A DNA stretch of 32,000 bases from Chitinophaga pinensis (lineage in GTDB: Bacteria; Bacteroidota; Bacteroidia; UBA7662). Below are positions 9,060 to 16,716 of the stretch, in pieces (within the stretch, counting starts at the first letter, position 1; each line of letters starts with the position of its first letter). The stretch lies in NCBI GenBank assembly GCA_943369355.1, contig CALRMX020000004.1, positions 347,654-379,653 on the forward strand, in the 5' to 3' direction. The notes under the pieces were generated by a model, which was not told the origin of the DNA, ran no database searches, and saw only the letters and a program-made list of their open reading frames with translations. A program made the translations under genes and the position numbers.

Positions 9060-10382
9060 TCAATGGTTTAAAAGCCAATTGATTCCGAGCTGTAAAGAAA
9101 GTGCACCTACTCTAAGTTCGTTTACACCTAAGGGTCGTAGGGGATGATAATAATTCAAAACTGCCTGCAATTCAATGTTTTGGTTCCACGCATAGGAAGT
9201 TCCCAAGCCAACATTAAGGTGGGAAAGGCTAATACCCTCTTTCCCTAATCGGGTTCGATTCACGAAATCCCTATCGGTATCCTCGAAATAATATTTGAAC
9301 GATTCGCTCAGAACTACATTACCTAAAACTCCTCCTGCTACCTGAAAACGCCACATACGGTAGTCTAATAGGGTATATCGGAGCTGCATTGGCACCAACA
9401 AATGTGATGACATCACACCTATTTCATCTGGTTCTGTTGTCAAATTTGAATATCCTGGGAAAAGCAACTTTTGCGATTGTGAAACCAACGAAAGGTCGTC
9501 AATCTCATTTTTTTGTAAGCCATATTGTACCCCAGCTTCTAGTTGCCAATGGTGCCAATCTAGCTGAAAGGCTCCACCAACAAAAGCACCATAACGCGTG
9601 TCAAAATTGGCATAATCAAATGGAGACAGACCACTAAATCTCGGTCCAGCCGAAAAAAATACACTGGGTTGGTTTCGTTTGCTGTCGTCCATTTTTAGCA
9701 AATCCTCGTCGTGATAGGCTTGCTCCAAACTGTCGATCGTCATGGTTGAGTTTTCTGCCGCTGAACTTGGAACCAGACTCTGACTTTCTACTTTGGACGT
9801 AGTACTGTCATTGGCCCCTTTGTGTTGGTTAGTCGTTAGAAAAGTTGTCAGCGTATCATCAGTGCTTGCTTCATGAGGCTTGTGCTGTAGTAGGTCAAGC
9901 GAATTTTGCTGAACGGATGCGCTATTGGTTTGATTAGAATCCAAAGTAACATTGGAAGGCATCTCGGCTGAAGAAGTTGGGTACTTGGGGTAATTGTTGG
10001 GTAAATTAATGATTTGGCCAATAGCGGCTATTTTATCAGAAGCCCCAGCTTGGGCCAAAGCTCTTTCGCGCACATACAATACTATCGTATCACGAATTAA
10101 AAGTGTGTCGCGTGTCACCACCGTGTGCTGCACCACTACTGTATCACGATTATCCGCAACTACGCTCAATTGTTGAACATTGCTTCCAAACCAAGACCAT
10201 GCAACACCAAAAAGAAGGCTGCTGAATAGGTAAGGCATCCACCACATCTTCCAAAATGCCCAGGTAGGTGCTGGAAAAGTATTGACATAACTTTTCCAAT
10301 ACGACTTTTTATACGGCACCTCGTAGTTCTCGAGCTGCTGACGGATTTTGTCTTCGAAAGATTCCTTCCCCATCATGCCCAT
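9060..10382 (-). CDS. Sigma-factor-linked single-TM protein with C-terminal outer-membrane beta-barrel-like domain (possible anti-sigma partner)
   Basis: Cytoplasmic N-terminus, one TM (MPYLFSSLLFGVAWSWFG), long low-complexity linker, then alternating amphipathic strands (YGAFVGGAFQLDWHHWQLEAGVQYGLQ ... LSLQLGINWLLNH). The likely start at 10376 overlaps the stop of the sigma gene. Confidence 0.7.
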   Translation of the reverse strand: MGMMGKESFEDKIRQQLENYEVPYKKSYWKSYVNTFPAPTWAFWKMWWMPYLFSSLLFGVAWSWFGSNVQQLSVVADNRDTVVVQHTVVTRDTLLIRDTIVLYVRERALAQAGASDKIAAIGQIINLPNNYPKYPTSSAEMPSNVTLDSNQTNSASVQQNSLDLLQHKPHEASTDDTLTTFLTTNQHKGANDSTTSKVESQSLVPSSAAENSTMTIDSLEQAYHDEDLLKMDDSKRNQPSVFFSAGPRFSGLSPFDYANFDTRYGAFVGGAFQLDWHHWQLEAGVQYGLQKNEIDDLSLVSQSQKLLFPGYSNLTTEPDEIGVMSSHLLVPMQLRYTLLDYRMWRFQVAGGVLGNVVLSESFKYYFEDTDRDFVNRTRLGKEGISLSHLNVGLGTSYAWNQNIELQAVLNYYHPLRPLGVNELRVGALSLQLGINWLLNH

Positions 10383-10942
10383 TTTTTAGATGACCTATAT
10401 TGCTCCAAAATCGACTGTTGGAGCTTCAGACGAGCTTTGTGATAATTTGACTTGGATGCCCCCTCGGTTATACCAAGCTGCGCTGCGATCTCTTTGTGCG
10501 AATAGCCGTCAATGGCAAAAAGTGAAAACACCAGTCGGTAGGCTGGACTCAACTGTTGAATCAAACGGATTAGCTCTTCTGCATGCAACCTGTCTAAGGT
10601 GTCGTTAATTTCTAATTCGAGCACATGTTCATCGTCTAGAAAGTCGGTTTCGGAGCTTATACGCTGCCGGAGATTGAAGTGATCGATGGCTGTATTCACC
10701 ACTATTCGACGCAACCATGTGGTGAATGCAAACGAGGGATCGTAGCTTTTTAGATAGTTAAACATCTTAAAAAAAGCCTCATTCACGATTTCCAAACTGT
10801 CGTCTCGGTCTGCGCCATAGCGCATAGCCACCGACATTGCATAAGGAAAGGCCATTTCGTATAGACGATTTTGTGCACGTCTACTGCCCGCAATGCATTT
10901 ATGTATGAGAGGAAGAAGGTCTTTACTTTCGTGCAGCTTCAT
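10373..10942 (-). CDS. ECF RNA polymerase sigma-70 factor
   Basis: Region 2: DDSLEIVNEAFFKMFNYLKSYDPSFAFTTWLRRIVVNTAIDHF. Region 4: LSPAYRLVFSLFAIDGYSHKEIAAQLGITEGASKSNYHKARLKLQ. Start MKLHESK at 10942. Confidence 0.92.
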   Translation of the reverse strand: MKLHESKDLLPLIHKCIAGSRRAQNRLYEMAFPYAMSVAMRYGADRDDSLEIVNEAFFKMFNYLKSYDPSFAFTTWLRRIVVNTAIDHFNLRQRISSETDFLDDEHVLELEINDTLDRLHAEELIRLIQQLSPAYRLVFSLFAIDGYSHKEIAAQLGITEGASKSNYHKARLKLQQSILEQYRSSKKWA

Positions 10943-11402
10943 GCTTGCGGCTTTACCTTTTGGGGGAAGGTCCAACAGCCTATACCTTCAAAATCACGAA
11001 AGGTTTCCTCGTGTCAGAAATTTATTTTTTGGCACCTCTCCAAAACAGCAAAATATCACCCCTTAAATCTCAGCAGGAAAGGAGCGTACTGCTGAAAAAA
11101 GACAAGCTTGTTGAAGCGTGCACAGCATTTGTATTAACCGCTTTTATCCTGATAAAACTTATGGCCATTATATCCTTGGATTTAAGACCAAAAAGATCAA
11201 CCCAATTACATGGATTCATCTAGACCGTTCTTCTAAATCAACGCCCCTTTGCAACTCTAGCGAGTAGACCTGCGGCTAATTGTATTTCACTCGACTTTGA
11301 ACCCATGTCATTAACCAGCCTGAACGCCGTACAACTATTTTTTATTACCAAGGCAACCAACAACGATTAACCTCCGTATAGGCCAGCAATAATCCAAACA
11401 CG

Positions 11403-12230
11403 ATGTTACGAAATTTAGTCTTTTCTCTTTTCATCACTTCGGCTTCGCTTCTAAGCTGCTCAAAAAGCGATAACCCTTTCCGTAATCGCGATGAATTCCG
11501 ATACCAGCCAATAGCCGTGTCTGAAGTACCCCAGCAAGTCCTTAGCCATGCAGTAGCTACTTTCCCCACCGCAACGTTGTTGAGCGTAGGTAAAAACATC
11601 CATCTGGGCTTTGAGCTAAATCTCAACAATAAGTGGGATATGTATTATAGTGCACAAGGTGAGTTTGTTTTTAAGAACAACGACGACGATTCTGATCAGG
11701 CCATTCCTATTTCCAACCTTCCGCAAACAATCGTCGACTACATCAATGCGAATTTCCCTGGCCGAACAATCGTTTGGGCAGAAATCGACGACGACGAATA
11801 TGAGGTATATCTCAGCGATGGTACCGAGGTGAATTTTGACCGCCGCGGTCGTTTTCTAGAAATTGACCGCGACCGCGATGCCATAAATCCAGCTAATTTG
11901 CCTCAGATCATCCTCAGCTACATCAGCACCAATTTTCCGAATAGCACCATCATCAAGGCTGAGTTAGACGATAACTTTTATGAGGTAGAGCTAAACAACG
12001 GCATAGAACTTTATTTTGATGCACAAGGCAATTTCTTAGGATTGCAGGTTGATGACCGTACCGTTGACGTCGCTGAATTGCCCACAAACATCACCATGTA
12101 CGTGGGCCAAAACTACCCGAACCTGAGCATCTTTTCGGCCGAAATCGACAATAATAGGTACGAGTTGGAATTGTCGAACGGCATTGAGTTGTATTTCGAC
12201 CTGAAAGGAAATTTCCTTTACGCAGATTAA
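11403..12230 (+). CDS. PepSY-like (PF11396-type) repeat protein
   Basis: Signal peptide/lipobox (SASLLSCSKS) and repeated modules ...IVYISTNFPNSTIIKAELDDNFYEVELNNGIELYFDAQGNFL... Confidence 0.8.
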   Translation: MLRNLVFSLFITSASLLSCSKSDNPFRNRDEFRYQPIAVSEVPQQVLSHAVATFPTATLLSVGKNIHLGFELNLNNKWDMYYSAQGEFVFKNNDDDSDQAIPISNLPQTIVDYINANFPGRTIVWAEIDDDEYEVYLSDGTEVNFDRRGRFLEIDRDRDAINPANLPQIILSYISTNFPNSTIIKAELDDNFYEVELNNGIELYFDAQGNFLGLQVDDRTVDVAELPTNITMYVGQNYPNLSIFSAEIDNNRYELELSNGIELYFDLKGNFLYAD

Positions 12231-12296
12231 ACGTGTTACCGTACCCCACCAGCTTGAATGTAACCAAATTTTGATCTTTAAACTTTGAACCATAAT

Positions 12297-12938
12297 ATGC
12301 AACGTATCTTTTTTCTTTTATTCACTATCGCCACTTTGTCGGCGCAGGCACAATCAGAAACCCAAACTCTGCTCGGCAAGGGCAAATTAAACAGTTGGGG
12401 GGTCATGATTAGTCCCTCCTTACAAGCAGCGAGCATTTACGGCGAAACAACACTATTCACTCAAATGAAGGCCGGAGTGGTGCTCAACGACAATTGGACC
12501 ATCGGCGGTTTTGGTGGTGTGACCCCGTTAGAACTTTATCCTGTTGGCTTGCAGTCGCAATTTGCCATTCCCACTGACTTTCGGCTCTACACCAGCGGCG
12601 GATTTATTGAGTACCACTTGCAACCGACCAAACTGCTGCATTTTGCTTTCCCTTTGTCCGTGGGCGGCATCCTGAACGACATGGACGACCGCGATTGGGG
12701 AGGCGGATTTGACCTCGATGACGATGGTGAAGACTTCCGCATTTTTGTTGAGCCAGGGGTCAATCTCGAGCTCAATCTGCATAAATATGCCCGTCTATAC
12801 GCCGGGATGAGCTATCGCTTTCATGGGGGCAGTATTTACTCCGAAGGTCTTGCCGTACCATTTACAGGCGACTATCTTCTGATTAATGCTGGATTGAAAT
12901 TCGGCGTATTTAACTTCAAAGACATTAAAAAGAAATAG
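12297..12938 (+). CDS. Outer-membrane beta-barrel-like protein
   Basis: Signal peptide MQRIFFLLFTIATLSAQAQ, then alternating strands; ATG at 12297 preferred over TTG at 12285. Confidence 0.65.
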   Translation: MQRIFFLLFTIATLSAQAQSETQTLLGKGKLNSWGVMISPSLQAASIYGETTLFTQMKAGVVLNDNWTIGGFGGVTPLELYPVGLQSQFAIPTDFRLYTSGGFIEYHLQPTKLLHFAFPLSVGGILNDMDDRDWGGGFDLDDDGEDFRIFVEPGVNLELNLHKYARLYAGMSYRFHGGSIYSEGLAVPFTGDYLLINAGLKFGVFNFKDIKKK

Positions 12939-13064
12939 TACAAAGAAGAGGTTGTTTACACGAATAAAAACCTGGGTGAGCGAGCCATTATTTTTGACAT
13001 GACCCCAGTTCACTTTGAACTAAAATTTCATTGACTGGCACCTTATAAAACCCATTTGGAGACC

Positions 13065-13102
13065 CTACAACTAAACCTCGCACCGCTATGCCGCGGTGCG
13101 GG
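13065..13102. repeat. 38-bp direct repeat, copy A
   Basis: ctacaactaaacctcgcaccgctatgccgcggtgcggg, identical to 13181..13218. Confidence 0.97.
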
Positions 13103-13110
13103 TTTTTTAT
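13079..13110 (+). terminator. Rho-independent terminator
   Basis: cgcaccgc-tatgcc-gcggtgcg stem (8 bp) followed by ggttttttat. Confidence 0.8.
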
Positions 13111-13180
13111 TTGCTTCCACTCGCTTGCGGCAACAGGCCGCAGACTCGGGATTAGCTTCGCTGATCCCAATGAGGGGATC

Positions 13181-13218
13181 CTACAACTAAACCTCGCACC
13201 GCTATGCCGCGGTGCGGG
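13181..13218. repeat. 38-bp direct repeat, copy B (overlaps the tRNA 3' end)
   Basis: Identical to copy A with an offset of 116 bp; includes the complement of tRNA acceptor strand CCGCACC and G73. Confidence 0.97.
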
Positions 13219-13294
13219 AGGGATTCGAACCCCCGGTACCTTGCGGTACACTTGATTTCGAATCAAGCACATTCGACCACTCTGACACCTCTCC
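13210..13294 (-). tRNA. tRNA-Ser (CGA), possibly defective or mosaic
   Basis: - strand: GGAGAGGTGTCAGAGTGGTCGAATGTG CTTGA-TTCGAAA-TCAAG TGTACCGCAAGGTACC GGGGGTTCGAATCCCTC CCGCACC G. Anticodon CGA, long variable arm, intact T-loop. Acceptor strands GGAGAGG/CCGCACC have two mismatches. Confidence 0.8.
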
Positions 13295-13348
13295 AGGATC
13301 GGGGTGCAAATATATCAAGGAAGATTGGAATTCAATAAATGACGCTTA
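13276..13348. repeat. 73-bp direct repeat DR1 (tRNA 5' 19 nt + promoter region)
   Basis: Matches 13654..13726 with one difference (ggatCgggg vs ggatTgggg). Confidence 0.97.
13307..13335 (-). promoter_or_regulatory. Bacteroidota-type promoter for tRNA-Ser
   Basis: - strand TTG-N18-TATATTTG, matching the known -33 TTG / -7 TAnnTTTG pattern, ending 13 nt upstream of the tRNA. Confidence 0.65.
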
Positions 13349-13572
13349 ATCCAAGCCCTGCCCCAACCAGACTTTAAATAAGTCTCCCTTTTACGAGCTA
13401 AAGTTCTATTTGGGAATTCTTCGTAGTGTAAAAGCGTCCATGGCCCTTTACCTTTCGTCCAACGATGCTTGCCTTTTTCTTGGTTATGTTCTTTAAAGCG
13501 CCGGTTTAAATCGGATGTTTCACCGATGTAAAGCTGCTTTTCAACATTCACGAGTATGTAAACAAAATGCAT
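13315..13572 (-). CDS. Small GIY-YIG nuclease family protein
   Basis: MHFVYILVNVEKQLYIGETSDLNRRFKEHNQEKGKHRWTKGKGPWTLLHYEEFPNRTLARKRETYLKSGWGRAWIKRHL: VYI...LYIGxTxdLxxRxxxHN core. Start at 13572. Confidence 0.9.
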   Translation of the reverse strand: MHFVYILVNVEKQLYIGETSDLNRRFKEHNQEKGKHRWTKGKGPWTLLHYEEFPNRTLARKRETYLKSGWGRAWIKRHLLNSNLP

Positions 13573-13653
13573 ATACAATTCTTGAATACATTCGCCACGT
13601 GACGCAGCTGGCTGCGTACGTGGTCGCGTTTGCCGCAAAACGGCAGCACGCGA

Positions 13654-13726
13654 ACCACTCTGACACCTCTCCAGGATTGGGGTGCAAATATATCAAGGAA
13701 GATTGGAATTCAATAAATGACGCTTA
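13654..13726. repeat. 73-bp direct repeat DR2 (orphan tRNA-Ser 5' fragment + promoter copy)
   Basis: Contains GGAGAGGTGTCAGAGTGGT on the - strand (13672..13654) without a following tRNA body; TATATTTG at 13692..13685. Confidence 0.95.
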
Positions 13727-13897
13727 TTCACGAACTATACCTTTTGGCACTAAATCTAAAATCCCATTAAATTACTTTAATAATTCAGGAAAAAACGCAT
13801 CCAACAAGTTGTCAACCTAAAAATTTACTTGAAAGTTATGTAATATTGAGGCGCCGTGTTATCCACATGCGGCGTGTATAACCTCAACCGCTAAACT

Positions 13898-15673
13898 GTG
13901 ACCCACCGAATATTGTATCGGCTGCTGCTAATTATGCTCTTAGCAGGGTTAGATGCAAGTGCCCAAATAGATTTCGATGGCATGTTGGCTGCTCCAGCCG
14001 ACAGTCCACCTCGCGACCGCATGCTGGAACAGCGTATCGCCAACAGAATTGCAGAATATTACAGCCGAGATTTGTTTTTGGTACATGCCTGGGCCGATCC
14101 CGAAGAAGCCCGAGAGCTCAATGAGCGGAATATGGTTTTGCCCGGCATGCCGCTGCAACTCACCGACGACAACCTCCCCATCGAACCCGATGCGGCCAGA
14201 GGACCTCGCACGCTGCTCCTCTACCTCGATACCAGCTTTACCCCAAGTGACGTACGCTTTGTAGAGGTTTTGTTGCGGGGCATCGACAGTTGGGACCAAA
14301 GCCGTGGCGATAAAGTAGAACTTATCCCCATCGTTTTCCCGCGTAAAAAAGACTGGACCGACTGGCTCAAAGAATTGCCCAAAAGCGTAGCTACACCTCA
14401 GCCCGCACCACAACAGCCCAATTACCCGGTTTATTTACCATCCCCCGAAAAAGAAGATCCAGCCCCAGCGCCAATACCGGCCGAAACCATACCCATTTGG
14501 CAATGGGCTGTACTTATTGGTGGTTTAATTGTCCTCATAGGCATTTTTGTGTTGCTTGGCATGTGGATTCAAAAACGATCAACTCAAGAGCTCATTCGTT
14601 TGGCAACCCAGCCGCAACAACGCCCTGAGGTGTTTAGTCTGCATCCTGAACCTAAAACCGACACTGTAAGTACAGCTGAGCCGGTGGTAGTAAACACTTC
14701 GGGATGGGAACCCCATGCGGCACGCGACTTTGTGATTAGTCAAACCATTGGCGAGCCTGCACGTACGGCTAAAATATTAGAAGGCTGGTCGCGACAAGGC
14801 GAAGAAGGCCTCAAACGTGCCGCTGCATCGTTGGCAGCCAGTAACGACCAATTGCTGTTGCTCATGCGGGGCAAAATGGATGCAACCGCCGAAACCGCCA
14901 TTTCTCAAGAGCTTCAACCGCTACGCACGCAGCAAAAAGAACAGTTTGCTGATGCCCTCATTGCATTGGCCAACGCATTGTCGTACCAAGGTCGCGACTT
15001 GGAGCCGGTGAACCATTTTGGATTTTTATCGCAGCTCGACGATCAGTCGCTCATGCATTTATTCAAAGAGGAGGCACCACGTTTGGTAGCGCTTCTCATT
15101 GCACAGTTGCCCACCGACCAGGCCAAACGTTTACTCCGCCAATTCGATGCACCTACACGTTCGCAGGTATTGGTGAATTTGGGCAGTATCAGTCAACTGC
15201 CGTTGAGTCTGTACCAAGAAATAGGTCAGCATTTCGCTCGCAAGGCGATGGAGGTTAAGCGTTTGCAAGGTCTTCCGTTTGATGGCCAACAGGTGCTTGT
15301 ACAATTGCTCGAAAATTTCGACGAAGACGAGCAGAACAACATCATCGAACACATGGCCATTAGCGACCCACAGCAGGCCGAAACCACCAACAAACGCCTC
15401 GTTCGTTTCAGCAGATTGCGCGACTACCCAGCCAATGTATTGCAAAAGGCTTGGCTCGAAGTGGATACAGAATTGATGGTACAAGCATTGGCCGGACTCG
15501 ACAAACAAATTGCTCGTCATGTATTGAGCACCCGCGCCAAACGCGAACGCGACCTCATATTATCAGAGCTGGAAAACGAAGCAGACATATCGCCCGCACT
15601 CACCAGCAAGGCAAGGAAACACATGCTCACGCTCCTGAAAAACTACTTAAAAGAACAACAATGGTCCGCCTGA
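13898..15673 (+). CDS. FliF-FliG-like fusion protein
   Basis: Signal/TM start; FliF RBM3-like VEVLLRGIDSWDQSRGDKVELIPIVFP; Pro-rich linker; TM at aa ~199-225; FliF C-tail-like FVISQTIGEPARTAKILEGW. FliG_M-like FGFLSQLDDQSLMHLFKEEAPRLVALLIAQLPTDQAKRLLRQFDAPTRSQVLVNLGSI; FliG_C-like LVRFSRLRDYPANVLQKAWLEVDTELMVQALAGLDKQIARHVLSTRAKRERDLILSELE. Confidence 0.8.
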   Translation: MTHRILYRLLLIMLLAGLDASAQIDFDGMLAAPADSPPRDRMLEQRIANRIAEYYSRDLFLVHAWADPEEARELNERNMVLPGMPLQLTDDNLPIEPDAARGPRTLLLYLDTSFTPSDVRFVEVLLRGIDSWDQSRGDKVELIPIVFPRKKDWTDWLKELPKSVATPQPAPQQPNYPVYLPSPEKEDPAPAPIPAETIPIWQWAVLIGGLIVLIGIFVLLGMWIQKRSTQELIRLATQPQQRPEVFSLHPEPKTDTVSTAEPVVVNTSGWEPHAARDFVISQTIGEPARTAKILEGWSRQGEEGLKRAAASLAASNDQLLLLMRGKMDATAETAISQELQPLRTQQKEQFADALIALANALSYQGRDLEPVNHFGFLSQLDDQSLMHLFKEEAPRLVALLIAQLPTDQAKRLLRQFDAPTRSQVLVNLGSISQLPLSLYQEIGQHFARKAMEVKRLQGLPFDGQQVLVQLLENFDEDEQNNIIEHMAISDPQQAETTNKRLVRFSRLRDYPANVLQKAWLEVDTELMVQALAGLDKQIARHVLSTRAKRERDLILSELENEADISPALTSKARKHMLTLLKNYLKEQQWSA

Positions 15674-16716
15674 TTTTCGCTCTAAGCCTTTGTTTGTTGT
15701 CGTGGGAGGTACTGGCTCAAGATACTCCACGTCCTTCCGATGCCCAGGTATTGCGCATACGTTCTGTTGAGCGCATCATCAGTCAGCTACGTGAAAGCCT
15801 CCCCACCTATTCCGAAGATTGTCAGCGTATCGCCTTGATGATGCCCGATTTTAAGGAGAAGAACGTAAGCGCTGAAGAGGCCATGCTCATTCGTAATCAG
15901 CTTGCCCAGCAAGTTCAAAAAACGGCTTTTACGGTGGTAGACGTTCCCGAATTCCACGAATATCGACTTACACGGGTTTTTAGTTCCGATAGCGGCTTGC
16001 TGTATCAGCGGAATTCCCCCACACGCTTACTGCGAACCAACTCAGAAGCAACCGAACTGCTGGTAAAAAAGCACAAACTCGACGGCATCATTTACACGCA
16101 AATCACCTATGATTCACTCATTGGGCATACCGTTAGCATGCAATTGGTGCAGCAACGTTCGCGCGAGATAATTTGGAACCGCACCTTCCACGCCAATATA
16201 GGCATGGTCAGAGCACGAGAAAGCCAACATCTCGTTGCCTTGGGAATGGGCATGAATAGCGTGCGCTTCGTGAATGGTCTAGGAGGATACCGCGTAGCAC
16301 TTCCCAGTGTACATATCCGATGGATGTGGCGCCAACCCGTCAATGAGGCCCGTACGGTGAACTTGTTTACACTCACCCAGTTCAGCATGTACCAAGCAAA
16401 CTTTAAAGCCAACGACAGCTTGAGCTTTAATTTTTGGCGCCCTGTTCCTGAACTTGGGCTCGGATATTCACTTTCCTTTTTGAATAAAAAGAATAGTAGT
16501 GATTATTGGTTCGAGGGATATCAATCGTTTACACTACATTTTTTCAACCGTATGCGAACTAGCATCAACCAGGGTTTGTCGTTCAATTTTACGCGAAATC
16601 TGGTAGTGATGGGCGAAGTAAGCTTCATAACGGGCGCGCCTGAGTTGCACAACTATAACAATGTGGTCACTTTAAATCAGTTTCAGTATGCAGTACGGCT
16701 CAACTACCGTTTTTAA
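15661..16716 (+). CDS. Secreted protein with CsgG/FlgO-like N-terminal region and C-terminal beta-barrel
   Basis: Start MVRLIFALSLCLLSWEVLAQ; IALMMPDFKEKNVSAEEAMLIRNQLAQQVQKTAFTVVDVPEF...ELLVKKHKLDGIIYTQIT; C-terminus ends NQFQYAVRLNYRF (OM barrel-like terminal aromatic). Overlaps fliF-fliG-like gene by 13 nt. Confidence 0.5.
   Translation: MVRLIFALSLCLLSWEVLAQDTPRPSDAQVLRIRSVERIISQLRESLPTYSEDCQRIALMMPDFKEKNVSAEEAMLIRNQLAQQVQKTAFTVVDVPEFHEYRLTRVFSSDSGLLYQRNSPTRLLRTNSEATELLVKKHKLDGIIYTQITYDSLIGHTVSMQLVQQRSREIIWNRTFHANIGMVRARESQHLVALGMGMNSVRFVNGLGGYRVALPSVHIRWMWRQPVNEARTVNLFTLTQFSMYQANFKANDSLSFNFWRPVPELGLGYSLSFLNKKNSSDYWFEGYQSFTLHFFNRMRTSINQGLSFNFTRNLVVMGEVSFITGAPELHNYNNVVTLNQFQYAVRLNYRF

Noticed and set aside
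9036-9066. Short tandem ttcaatctat repeats near the end of the beta-barrel gene
   Set aside because: Only 2-3 AT-rich units between convergent/tandem gene ends; likely chance low complexity.
12988-13272. 94-aa - strand ORF in the track (MCLIRNQVYRKVPGVRIPPAPRHS...)
   Set aside because: It is a translation through the tRNA-Ser gene and the structured repeat region, not a protein.
13276-13726. CRISPR array or classic integrative-element att sites
   Set aside because: Only two copies, 378 bp apart, with a nuclease ORF between. The repeat covers the tRNA 5' end and promoter, whereas integrases usually use the tRNA 3' end, and no integrase is present.
13844-13877. cgccg...cggcg inverted repeat upstream of the FliF-FliG-like gene as a riboswitch or operator
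   Set aside because: Only a ~5-bp stem with a poor loop; too weak to claim without comparative data.
15451-15660. Upstream extension of the 421-aa ORF to 15451
   Set aside because: The first 70 codons overlap the FliG_C-like coding region in another frame. The signal peptide begins at MVRLIFALS (15661).
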